DNA of 20,000 bases from assembly GCF_004010195.1 (NCBI RefSeq), contig NC_057728.1, positions 43,206,224 through 43,226,223 on the forward strand. Direction: 5' to 3'. Each line of letters starts with the position of its first letter. Position 1 is the first letter of the stretch. A program made the position numbers and the translations under genes. Below are positions 11,089 through 20,000 of this stretch, one piece after another. Source of the DNA: Chiloscyllium plagiosum (Eukaryota). The notes under the pieces are model-generated. The model saw only the letters and a program-made list of their open reading frames with translations. It had not been told where the DNA came from and ran no database searches.

Positions 11089-11128
11089 GCACTGAGGATG
11101 TCACCTAGACAGGGGACGAAACGTTTGC
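11089..11128 (+). ncRNA. Minimal type I hammerhead ribozyme (inverted pLTR copy)
   Basis: Helix I GCA/TGC; core CTGAGGA (11092-11098) plus an extra U; helix II GTC.CCT/AGG.GAC with an AGAC loop; GAAA at 11118-11121; palindromic AAACGTTT in place of helix III; predicted cleavage after GUU (11125). Confidence 0.7.
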
Positions 11129-13504
11129 AACAAAAACTTCCAGCTCGGCGAACAGAACCACAGCAACGAGCACCCGAGCTACAAATCTTCTCACAAACTT
11201 TGAATACATGGTTATAGGGAGATCAGAAGTGGGAACTTAACATTCAGAGATACTTGACCTTTCACAAAGACAGGAGAGAAGGAAAGGGTAACACTGTCAA
11301 TAAGAGATGAAATGAGGAGGTTGCAAGAGGTAATCTAGGCTTAGCGGATGCAGATTCCATTTAGGTGGAGGTAAGTAACAGCAAGGGAAGAAGACACTAG
11401 TAGGAGTACTGTATAGACCCCAAGTAGCCCCACTGTAAGAAAGAGTATAGATTCACAAATAACAGGAATGTGTAAAAAAAAAAATTATGGTGACTTTAAT
11501 CTTTATGTTGACTGGGACAATCAATGAAGTTGGAAAGGGTAACTATTACAAAAAAATTCATTGAGTTCATAAGGAATAATTTCCTAGAGTAATAAGTCAT
11601 GGAGCCACAATTACAATGAAATAAGGATAGAGTTAGCTGAATTGGATTGGGCAGATGGATTAACATGAAAGACAATAAACAAGCAATGGTGGACATTTAA
11701 GGAGATAATTAATGACTCTCAACAAAAAGATATCCCAGTTAGGAGAAAAGATTTTACTAACAACTGCTAGTGGGACACCACTCTTCAAAAAAAAAGGCAG
11801 GAGCAAAAAGTGGTTAACTGTCGGCCAATTAGCCTAACATCCATTGTTGGAAAAATATTGGAATCAATTATTAAGGAAGTAATAGCAGTACATTTGGAAA
11901 ATCATAATCTAATCAAGCAGAGTCAGCATGGCTTCATCAAAGGGAAATAATGTTGAACTAATTTATTAGAGTTTTTCAAGGAAGACTCAAACAGAGTGGA
12001 TCGAGGAGAACCAGTAAGTGTGTTGTATTTGGACTTTTGGAAGCAGTTGATAAGGTACCTCACAGAAGGTTAAGTCAAAAGACTTAACCTCCATGGTATT
12101 GGGGGTAGTGTAATGGCATGGATAGAGAAAATGCTCATGGACAAGAAACAGCGAGTGGGCATAAAGGGGCTCTTCTCCATGTTGGCAATCTAAAATCAAT
12201 GAGATTCCATAGGGATCAATGCAGGGACTATAACTGTTTCCAATACATATTCATGACTTGGAAGAAGGAAAATAGCCAATTTTGGGGATGACACAAAATA
12301 GATGGGAAAACAAATTGCAAGGGGGATACAAACAATTTACAGAGAGATATTAATAGGTTAAGGATTTGGACAAAAAGTTGGCAAATGGAATATAATGTGG
12401 GGAAATGTGATTGTTTTCATTTTGGGAGAGAAAAAGAACAGTATTATCTAAATGAGAAAAACTGCAGAAAGCTACAACACAAAGGGACTTGGTATACTTG
12501 CATACGGAACACAGAGCACATGCAGCAAATAATCAGGGGGGCTTATGAAATGTTGGCCCTTATTTCAAGGTGGTTGGAATGTAAGAGTAGGGAAGTCTTA
12601 TTACATCTGTACAAGATGCAGGTGAGATCACATCTGTAATACGGTGAGCAGTTTTTGTCCCCTTACTTAGGAAAGATATCATTTTATTGGAAACCATTCA
12701 GAGAAGGTTCACTAGGATTGCCCCGGTATGGAAGGATTGTCTTATGGGTGAAGGCTAAACAGTATGGGTCTCTAATTCTCACTGGAGTACAAAAGAATGA
12801 GAGGTGATCTTGTTGAAACATATTGGGTTCTTAAGGGGCTTTACAGGGGATATTTATCCTCATGGGAGAGTCCAGGACCAAAGGGCATACTCTCAACATA
12901 AAGAGGTGCCAATTTAAGACTGAGATGAGACAGAATTTCTTCTCAGAGGATTGAGAGTCTTTGGAACTCCCTTCAGAGTCAAAAGTTTTCTATATATTTA
13001 AGGCTGATTTTTAACAAAATTCTTAATCAATGGGGGCAATCAAGGGTTATAGGGAAAGGGAAAGAAAGTTACCATGAGGGATGGGGTAATCAGCCATAAT
13101 CGTATTGAATGACAGAGCAGAGTCAAGGGGCCAAATGGCCTACTCCTGGTTATGATTTTAGTTCAGAACAGTTAGGTATTAGGCTACCTCAGCATAAATG
13201 TTTTAGGTTGAAAATGCCAGACCAGAAGTGTTTGGTTAGAAACCTAAATGGATTATTTGAAGCCAAGAAAGTCTAAATTCAGTTTTGTGGATAATCAAGT
13301 AAAAAAAAACAATCAAATTCATTAGACTGGAAATTGAAAGATACAGTTAAGACAAACCATAAGATATGATAGAGAAAGATACTCCCTCTCATATTGGAGA
13401 ACTGCAAAATGATGGTATAGGGATACATTTGATATTATTTGGCCATGGGTTTTGAATCTTTCAGGTTGTGTTACATATAAATGGGATGGGGGGTGGGGGG
13501 GGGG

Positions 13505-13722
13505 GGGGTTGTTGGTTAGATTGAATGGCTGGTTTGTGATGCAGATTGATGACAAAAAAGTGCAGGTTCAATTCCCACGACAGCTATATTTACCATGAAA
13601 TTCTTGCCTTCTCAACATTATCCCTTGCCTGAGGTTTGGCGACTCTTAACTCAACACCAGTTATCTTTTTCTAGTGAGAGAACACGCTCAATGATCCTCT
13701 GTGACTATGGTGACTCCTACTG
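13505..13722 (+). mobile_element. tRNA-derived SINE inserted in the LTR
   Basis: B box GGTTCAATTCC at 13565-13575; 3' end ...CTCTGTGACTATGGTGACTCCTACT; preceded by a G-rich tract at 13483-13508. Confidence 0.6.
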
Positions 13723-13930
13723 CCATATGTAAATAGCATGATTGTTCTATTTTATCTTCAATTCTATTACATCAAAAACTTCTGTTTTATTGTTAAAATC
13801 AAATCTGCAGCATTGTGTTTATTTTTCAATGAAACACCACCTAATTATTTTTTAAAAAAATGATCAACAAGTCGGATTTCAGTCTGGATCTGAGTTGTCA
13901 ACTAGTATTATCAACTGGGATCATAACAAG

Positions 13931-13948
13931 TGGGGGCTCCTTTTGGGT
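13931..13948 (+). promoter_or_regulatory. Primer-binding site, tRNA-Pro type (decayed)
   Basis: TGGGGGCTC, 2 nt after the LTR-terminal CA, equals the first 9 nt of the tRNA-Pro PBS TGGGGGCTCGTCCGGGAT. Confidence 0.75.
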
Positions 13949-14049
13949 TTGAATTTTTTGGATTTAAAAGGGATCTGTGTCTTTCTGTTTGATGTAATGG
14001 GTATTTGAAGTTTCTGAAAATAAAACACCTTTGTTATGGTGACGCTATT

Positions 14050-14408
14050 GCATGGAATTTGAAGACGTTTTTGAATGTTTCTAAGAGTTTTCTGGAAGTG
14101 GAAGATATAACAATGGTTACTTAAAGTCTTAGTATAAAGTTAAACTAAAAGAGTTAGCAGCTAAATTGAAGATAGAAGTAAAAGCATGATTTCATAAAGA
14201 TAATGAGCTTCAAGTGATTATTCAACACTTAGAATGGAATAAGTTAAACTGAGGTGTCACAGCAGGAATTAATTAAGATACTGTGAGAAATTAAAATCTT
14301 AACTTTGAGAGAAAAAGAGAAAGGACTTGAGTTACAAATAAATAGGATAATGGAAAGTGAGGAAAAAGAAAGAGGGAGATGAAATTTTAAAAGCTTGAAT
14401 GTTAAATA
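14050..14408 (+). pseudogene. Gypsy (Gmr1-like) gag N-terminal remnant
   Basis: Disrupted frames VSKSFLEVEDIT / KVKLKELAAKLKIEV / LQVIIQHLE / LREKEKGLELQINRIMESEEKERG follow the PBS. The helical N-terminus plus E/K coiled coil is typical of these gags. Confidence 0.6.
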
Positions 14409-14409
14409 G

Positions 14410-14700
14410 ATAGGGAACTTACATCCATATGGCTGATGACTCTAGTGCACGGCATGCACACATGAAATGTGAAAGAGCAAACCCATGGCTTTTGCTGTCT
14501 AGAACTGAAGACCTTGGGATTGCAGATATCAAGAATCTTGGTGGTGTGCTGTATGCTGGTGTGCAATCCTCAACAGCAAGAGGAACTATCAATGTCACTA
14601 GCTATTAGGCAATCAATGAGGGTAGAAGGATGAGGAGGAGGTGGAATAGGAGTATAAGGAGGCTGTGGAGGAAAGAGAGGGAAAAGAAAAGGGAACTGAA
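14410..14700 (+). mobile_element. PIF/Harbinger transposase C-terminal remnant
   Basis: DRELTSIWLMTLV (compare DKGYPL..WLMTP) and SRILVVCCML (compare V.RI...CC.LHN), followed by a GAG-rich tail. Confidence 0.65.
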
Positions 14701-14778
14701 ATAGTGCTGTCAAAAACAGAAAGGGCCATACAACTCATTATTTTGTAATACTAGTAACCAATTTCCTATTCACCAACA

Positions 14779-15095
14779 GGGTTAGAACCACTGCCTCAGT
14801 GCCAGGGACCTGGGTTTGATTCCCACCTAGGGTGACTCTCTGTATGGAGTTTGCACATCCTCCCTGTGTCTGCGTGGGTTTCCTCTGGGTGCTGCTGTTT
14901 CCTCCCCCAATCCAAAGATGTGCCGAGGGTCAGGTGAATTGGCCATGCTAAATTGCCCATAGTGTTAGGTGCATTAATCAAGGATAAATGTAGGGTAGGG
15001 GAATGGGTCTTGGTGGGCTCCTCTTTGGAAGGTCAGCATGGACTTGTTGGGCTGAAGGACCTGTTTCCATACTATAGGGAAGCTAATCTAATCTA
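14779..15095 (+). mobile_element. HE1-type V-SINE, slightly 5'-truncated
   Basis: V-domain GGAGTTTGCACATCCTCCCTGTGTCTGCGTGGGTTTCCTC and CR1-derived tail ending AATCTAATCTA. Clearly homologous to 16083-16391. Confidence 0.92.
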
Positions 15096-15169
15096 TTGGA
15101 TAACTCAAAACAGTCCTACACCTTACCTTCCATCTGTACCTGATGATTGTTACTCCTCACTGAATATCA

Positions 15170-16026
15170 AACACTGATATTTTCAAAGTCAGTACAAATG
15201 TTAAATACATCATCAAAATATGAACAATTTCTTGGTTTACCTGTATTTTTTAGATCCAGGTTGGCAGAAAGGTTTCTATACTTAACAAGGATTACTATTT
15301 ATTACAATAAATAGATTCTAGCTACAGGTAAATAATCATACTGGCAACATATTCTTTTACAGGTTAAACATAATGCAGACAACACAGAAAGGCACATGTA
15401 CATTGGTGATCAGGGTAGAGGGAAAAACTGGGATGGCTGTTCAATGGTCACTAGTCACATGATTTGCTGAAATGATCCTTTTAGTTTGTTAGATCTCACT
15501 GTTCATCAGTCTCTCTCCAAGTGATTTTTTTAACTTCCTCTTACAAGATACAGAAGAACTAGTTCACAAATTATAATCTCTCTAATTTATTAGTTATAAG
15601 TTACAACTTATCTCAACTGGTGAGGGAAAGACTTTGTATTTTTACTGCAGATAAAGGAACAGCACTTTTCTAATGGCTTCAGCTATTTTATTCACACCCA
15701 CAAGCTGTTTAGCTACCGAGGAGTCAATCACATATGTTGGCAAGCAGAAGTCATACATCATCAACAACTTGTCATCACTCCATAGACCAATCAGATACTT
15801 GCTGCTGACTGAATCTCATTTTGTACACCCTCCCTGCTGCCGATTTGTCTGCAACAAAATCTCTACTGGAGGAAGAAATGACACTATAAACTGCACTTAC
15901 AATAATTGCTGGAAGCTGGTTTTCAAAAAGTGAAGTAATCAATGTCACAGTCCTTGGTTTTAAAACAGTCCTTACCCCTTTCAGTCCACAATCAAAAATA
16001 TAGAAAAATAAAAAGATATCACCACA
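15170..16026 (-). mobile_element. Possible solo LTR
   Basis: About 0.85 kb ending ...CACCACA (TGTGGTG on minus), with AATAAA on minus at 15298-15303 and CCAAT at about 15787. No TSD found and the boundaries are uncertain. Confidence 0.3.
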
Positions 16027-16082
16027 TTTTTTGCTTGGAAATTACATTCTATTTTGTGGTGGTTTGAAATTAATAAACATTT

Positions 16083-16391
16083 CAGCAGCACGGTGGCACA
16101 GTGGTTAGCACTGCTGCCTCACAGCGCCAGAGACCCGGGTTCAATTCCCGCCTCAGGCGACTGACTGTGTGGAGTTTGCACATTCTCCCCGTGTCTGCGT
16201 GGGTTTCCTCCGGGTGCTCCGGTTTCCTCCCACATTCCAAAGATGTGCAGGTCAGGTGAATTGGCCATGCTAAATTGCCCGTAGTGTTAGGTAAGGGGTA
16301 AATGTAGGGGTATGGGTGGGTTGCGCTTCGGCGGGTCGGTGTGGACTTGTTGGGCCGAAGGGCCTGTTTCCACATTGTAATGTAATCTAAT
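16083..16391 (+). mobile_element. HE1-type V-SINE, full length and well preserved
   Basis: A box TGGCACAGTGG (16094-16104), B box GGTTCAATTCC (16138-16148), V-domain, and CR1/HER1-derived tail GGGCCGAAGGGCCTGTTTCCAC...TAATCTAAT. CpGs are retained. Confidence 0.95.
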
Positions 16392-16669
16392 TATAGGCCA
16401 AATTTATAAATGGAATCATGCCATATTGCATGCAAATGTTGGCTAATCAACCTTTTGCAGTGCCTAGTGTTTTTGTCCAAGTGTTTCTACACTGTCAGCA
16501 TAATAGCTGCAGAATAACTATTGAAAGGCTATAAACTTTCAGTAGACTGCAAATGGCCTCCGGGATCAATTGCAGGAAACTCTGCTTGTAATCTGGCACT
16601 GACCCTGACAGAAGTCTGGACAACAGCAAGAGATGATAGGTCACACTTTACTGAGCCATTGGGACACAC

Positions 16670-16759
16670 CTCAGTAACCCTCATAATTTGTTGGAAAATA
16701 GGTTGTGTGGTAGTTGTAATACCCTGGAAACCCCTTGGCACAGTCATGATAGCTACATT
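16670..16759 (-). CDS. Candidate 90-nt internal exon of an unidentified gene
   Basis: Acceptor CTCTCTGTCTTGCAAATTCAG, donor GAG|GTGTGT, open phase-0 frame NVAIMTVPRGFQGITTTTQPIFQQIMRVTE. No homology recognised. Confidence 0.25.
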
Positions 16760-16851
16760 CTGAATTTGCAAGACAGAGAGCTGACATTGCTTGACTATTC
16801 ATTGTATATTAATTAGCTGTTAAGGTAGCTGTCGTTTACTGGGGACTCAGC

Positions 16852-17193
16852 TCAGAATTCCTACAGTGTGGAAAAAGGCATTAGCCCCATTGAGTCTGCA
16901 TCAACCCTCTGAAGAGTATCCCACCCAGACCCAGACACCCCCGACCCCACTCTGTCCCCGCATTTTACTAGGGCTAATCCATCTAATTTGCAAACCCTTA
17001 AACAGTATGGAATAATTTAGCATGGCCAATCTACCTAATCTGCACATCTTTGGACAGTGGCAGGGAAATGGAGGACCTAGCAGAGACCTATTCAGATACA
17101 AGGAGAACATGAAAACTTCACACAGTCACCCAAGGGAAATGGGTCCCTGGCTCTGTGAGGCAGCTGTGCCAACCACTGAACCACCATGCTGCC
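16852..17193 (-). mobile_element. HE1-type V-SINE, older copy
   Basis: Minus strand starts GGCAGCATGGTGGTTCAGTGGTTGGCACAGCTGCCTCACAG and shares CCAAAGATGTGCAG..TTGGCCATGCTAAATT with the other HE1 copies. Confidence 0.88.
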
Positions 17194-17349
17194 TAATATA
17201 TATACAAAAATTGGATTGTTGGATTGGGAGGGGTACGTCTCATGTAATGTGTGCCACTCATTCCCAATTTTAATCAAAAACAGAAATTGCTTAATGCATA
17301 GTAAATATTTGCATAATAAACATATGCATTCCACCTTTTCCTAGCTCCT

Positions 17350-17450
17350 GTTAATTCTGAAGGGTCACTGGACTTGAAATATTAACTTGTCTTTCTCTTC
17401 ACAGATGCTGCCAGGAATGCTGAGTACCTCTAGCAACCTCTTTTGTTATA
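17350..17450 (+). mobile_element. Decayed Penelope pLTR end with hammerhead remnant
   Basis: CTGA-AGGGTCACTGGACTT-GAAA-TATTAAC...CACAGATGCTGCCAGG..TGCTGAG. The core lacks part of CTGANGA. Confidence 0.6.
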
Positions 17451-17454
17451 GGCC

Positions 17455-17700
17455 TTCACCACCTGAAGTTTGTCACACTTTTAATCAGCCCATCTTTGGT
17501 GGCCATGCTGCCATGGGTTCTTATCCCTGGAATTCACCTCTTTCACCTCCCACATCTCGATAATCACTTTCATCCTTAAAGTTAATTGTTAAAACCTAAC
17601 ATTTTCGCCCAGCTTTTGACCATTTCCTCAAATATCTGTTTATGTGGCTCTTTGTCTTATTTTGGCCTTAATGTTAATGTGAACACATTATTACACATTA
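17455..17700 (+). mobile_element. L2-type LINE 3' remnant
   Basis: TTGGTGGCCATGC...CCCTGGAATTCACCTC...TTAAAACCTA...CAGCTTTTG resembles the L2 ORF2 end (G.RAF...P.LWNSLP...LKT.LF..AF). Confidence 0.55.
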
Positions 17701-18928
17701 TCCAATGTAGCTCCCAATTTATGTAATACAGTGTGAAAAGCAGATAGAAATATTGAAGTTAGAGTTTGCTTATAGATTATTAACTTGCGACTATAGCTAT
17801 TTACTATTGAAATTGAAGCCAGTGTATATACTAGATAAACTTAGGTTCATATAAACCAATAACAGTGATTGCTCAAGCTCTTTCAGTTTGTACAACATTC
17901 TCATATATATAAACGGCTGTTCTTCCAATAAAGTTCAAATATGCTCTTGACTTTGTTAACGTAAGAAAGATAGAGTGAGAATAACAGTTACCTCAAAATA
18001 ATGCTGTTTCAACTTCTCTGGCTGTCAGCAAGAATAAGTCCGAATGGTGGAATTGTCTATCCTTTGCATTCCTGATGTGCCGACTAGAATTGCACAAATA
18101 ATCAATTAATACACTAGTGACCTTACCTTACAAGTCATGTAACCATTGTACTTTGTCTGCTTTCTTGAAATAATTAGCACAAATTTCAATATTGAAAATA
18201 CAGATGTAACAAATTAAAGAAATGATAACTAATAAATGAATTTCTTATTTTGTTTGCATTATGCTAGTTAAAATTTTCTTTACGCCAGTTTGAGTTCAAG
18301 ACTAAAGCTGCTTTTATACAATGATTCTCCCTCTTTTCAACATACATTCAATTTCATACCCTTATTTCCTTTCACAGCTGTTACAGTAAAGTGAACATCA
18401 AATTAGAGTCACAGAGATCCACAGCACAGAAAAAAGACTCTTTAGCCCATCACATCTGCACCATTCAAAACAACCACCTAACTATTCATTTTCCAGAACT
18501 TGGCAAATGGCCTTGAATGCTTTGGCATCACAAATGCATATATTGATGCTTCTTAAATATTATGAGGATTTCTGCCCTTATAGACAATGAATTCCCATTA
18601 TCCTCTAGGAGAGTATGTATTTCCTCATATCTCTCCTAACCCTCTGCCCCTTAACCGTAAGTCTATGCCCCCTGGTCATTGGTCCCTTCATTAAGGGGAA
18701 AGGTTTCTTCCCACCTACCCTATCTATATTCCTTATAATTTTATACATCTCAATCCTCTCTCCTCTGAGTCTCATCTGCTTTAAAGGAAATAACTCCAAT
18801 CTGTTCAATGTCTCTTCATAACAAACTCTTCAAACTAGGCAACATCCTCTGAACCCTCTCCTGTCTATCACATCCCTCCTTTAATGTAGATTCCAGAACT
18901 GCACAAATTAATATAGCTGTGGCCTCAA

Positions 18929-19382
18929 CTCCCCCTCCCACTCCACCGAGGATATGCAGGTCATTGGACTCATCCACCGCCAAACCACAACAACCCGACG
19001 GTCGGAGGAGGAGCGTCTTATCTTCCGACTGGGAACCCTCCAACCGCAGGGGATGAACTTGGACTTCACCAGTTTCTTCATCCCCCCTCCCCCCACCTTG
19101 TCTCAGCCGGATCCTTCCAGCCCGGCACCGCCTTCCTGACCTGCAGTCTTCTTCTTGACCTCTCCGCCTCCACCCTACTCCGACCTATCACCCTCACCTT
19201 GACCTCTTTCCACCTATCACATTTCCAACTCCCCTCCTCCAAGTCCCTCCTCCCTACCTTTTATCTTCTCCTGCTGAACACTCTCTGCTCATTCCTGAAG
19301 AAGGGCCTGTGCCCGAAACGTCGAATCTCCTGTTCCCTGGATGCTGCCTGACCTGTTGTGCTGTTCCAGCAATAAAGTTTCA
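18929..19382 (+). mobile_element. 5'-truncated Penelope-like element (Neptune-like endonuclease tail) with pLTR
   Basis: SPSHSTEDMQVIGLIHRQTTTTRRSEEERLIFRLGTLQPQGMNLDF (GIY-YIG C-terminus R..EE..LI..L.T..P.G.N), pyrimidine-rich UTR, hammerhead, AATAAA at 19371-19376, and direct repeat GCCTCAA at 18922-18928 and 19383-19389. Confidence 0.88.
19291..19326 (+). ncRNA. Minimal type I hammerhead ribozyme, intact-looking
   Basis: ATTC-CTGAAGA-A-GGGC-CTGT-GCCC-GAAA-C-GTC-GAAT: perfect helix I (ATTC/GAAT), perfect helix II (GGGC/GCCC), and a canonical GUC triplet (cut after 19322). Confidence 0.82.
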
Positions 19383-19660
19383 GCCTCAAGATTTTACATA
19401 GTTCCAGCTAACCTACCAGCTTTTAAACTCTATGCCTTGACTAACAAAGGCTTCTTAATTACCTGTCCTGATACCCAGTGTGTCCCACGGTTCTACTATT
19501 CATCATATCTTATCTAGACTTGTATGTCCTACCCAAGTGCATCACCTCACATTTATCTAGACTGAATTCCATTTGCCACTGATCAGCCAATCTGACAAGG
19601 TTGTCAGCAGCCTCTTATAGTCTAAGGCCATCCTCCTCACTATTTAAAACACCACCAATT

Positions 19661-20000
19661 TTAGAATTAGAGTCATATAGAGATATACAGCATGGAAACA
19701 GACACTTTGGTCCAACCTATCCATGCCGACCAGTTATCCCAACCCAATCTAGTCCCACCTGCCAGTGCCTGGCCCATATCCCTCCAAACCTTCCTATTCA
19801 TATACCCATCCAAATGCCTCTTAAATGTTGCAATTGTACCAGCCTCCACCACTTCCTCTGGCAGCTCATTCCATACATGTACCACCCTCTGCGTGAAAAA
19901 GTTGCCTCTCTTTTATATCTTTCCCCTCTCACCTTAAACCTATGCCCTCTAGTTCTGGACTCCCCAACCCCAGGGAAAAGACTTTGCCTATTTATCCTAT
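19661..20000 (-). mobile_element. Younger CR1/HER1-type LINE 3' end (runs off the window)
   Basis: VVHVWNELPEEVVEAGTIATFKRHLDGYMNRK followed by a 3' UTR and tail (CTCTATATGACTCTAATTCTAA). It abuts or interrupts the older CR1. Confidence 0.9.

Larger units (their letters stand above)
9601..11203 (-). mobile_element. Penelope-like element (Penelope/Poseidon type), 5'-truncated, with inverted pLTR and tail
   Basis: 13-bp TSD ATACATGGTTATA at 9588-9600 and 11204-11216. 110-bp inverted repeats 9601-9710 and 11054-11163 differ by one mismatch. 40-nt one-sided tail at 11164-11203. GIY-YIG ORF fragment in between. Confidence 0.93.
8663..13160 (+). mobile_element. CR1 LINE with 5' region, ORF1 remnant, APE endonuclease and RT; decayed and internally deleted
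   Basis: ORF1 esterase remnant WCKGEGFRFLG at about 9210. APE start LKALNLNAYSI*NKIDKLMTQIDVNGYNFIAFTDTWL continues GDQKWELNI after the Penelope insert. RT motifs NCRPISLTSIVGKILE (about 11815), QSQHGF, YLDF and FGDDTK (12281-12298). CR1 3' tail at 13090-13155. The 5' boundary rests on a weak possible TSD GTTCAG (8657-8662/13161-13166). Confidence 0.85.
8271..13928 (+). mobile_element. 5' LTR of a Gypsy-type retrotransposon, interrupted by a CR1 (with Penelope inside) and a SINE
   Basis: The 3' end ...GGATCATAACA (13928) is followed by a PBS. The proposed start TGTTGTAAT (8271) is a 7/9 inverted match to the end and lies exactly where Harbinger similarity stops. Net length is about 0.9 kb after removing inserts. 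The 3' end is well supported; the 5' end is inferred. Confidence 0.55.
18402..19660 (-). mobile_element. Older CR1 LINE 3' portion, interrupted by a Penelope insert
   Basis: Minus peptides RLELFPLKQMRLRGERIEMYKIIRNIDRV...TRGHRL and WQMEFSLDKCEVMHLGR (about 19525-19578). 3' tail at about 18402-18460. Confidence 0.88.

Noticed and set aside
16085..16155. tRNA gene
   Set aside because: The A/B boxes belong to a SINE head that continues into a V-domain and LINE tail; there is no free-standing cloverleaf with terminator.
16082..16375. 97-aa ORF (and the similar 14796-14981 ORF)
   Set aside because: Antisense translation of HE1 SINEs, a common spurious peptide.
17992..18083. 92-nt exon with in-frame TGA (…RTYSC-TGA-QPEK…) as a possible selenocysteine codon
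   Set aside because: It matches no selenoprotein motif I know, no SECIS was seen, all three frames have stops, and a closer acceptor at 18022 explains the open part.
1..20000. CRISPR array, operon or other prokaryotic system
   Set aside because: No regularly spaced repeats or gene-dense coding; the sequence is vertebrate-type repeat-rich DNA.

Overview
Eukaryotic, AT-rich, repeat-dense DNA with one assembly gap (N 9711-10665). The repeat content (HE1/V-SINEs, a SacSINE1-like DeuSINE, HER1/CR1 and L2 LINEs, Penelope-like elements) points to a cartilaginous fish, probably a shark; this is inferred from recalled repeat families, not a database search. No complete host gene is recognisable. There are only weak minus-strand exon candidates and a possible 3' UTR at about 2.1-3.5 kb. 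Two things stand out. (1) An apparent four-level nest: a decayed Harbinger transposase is split by a Gypsy-type LTR element with a tRNA-Pro PBS and gag start; that LTR holds an internally deleted CR1 LINE, which holds a young Penelope element with a 13-bp TSD and inverted pLTRs. (2) At least four Penelope-derived families carry minimal type I hammerhead ribozyme cores (CTGANGA...GAAA-NN-UH). Eight cores or remnants are visible, and three (9636-9675, 11089-11128, 19291-19326) look structurally intact. Penelope hammerheads are known in general, so any novelty is at the family or lineage level.
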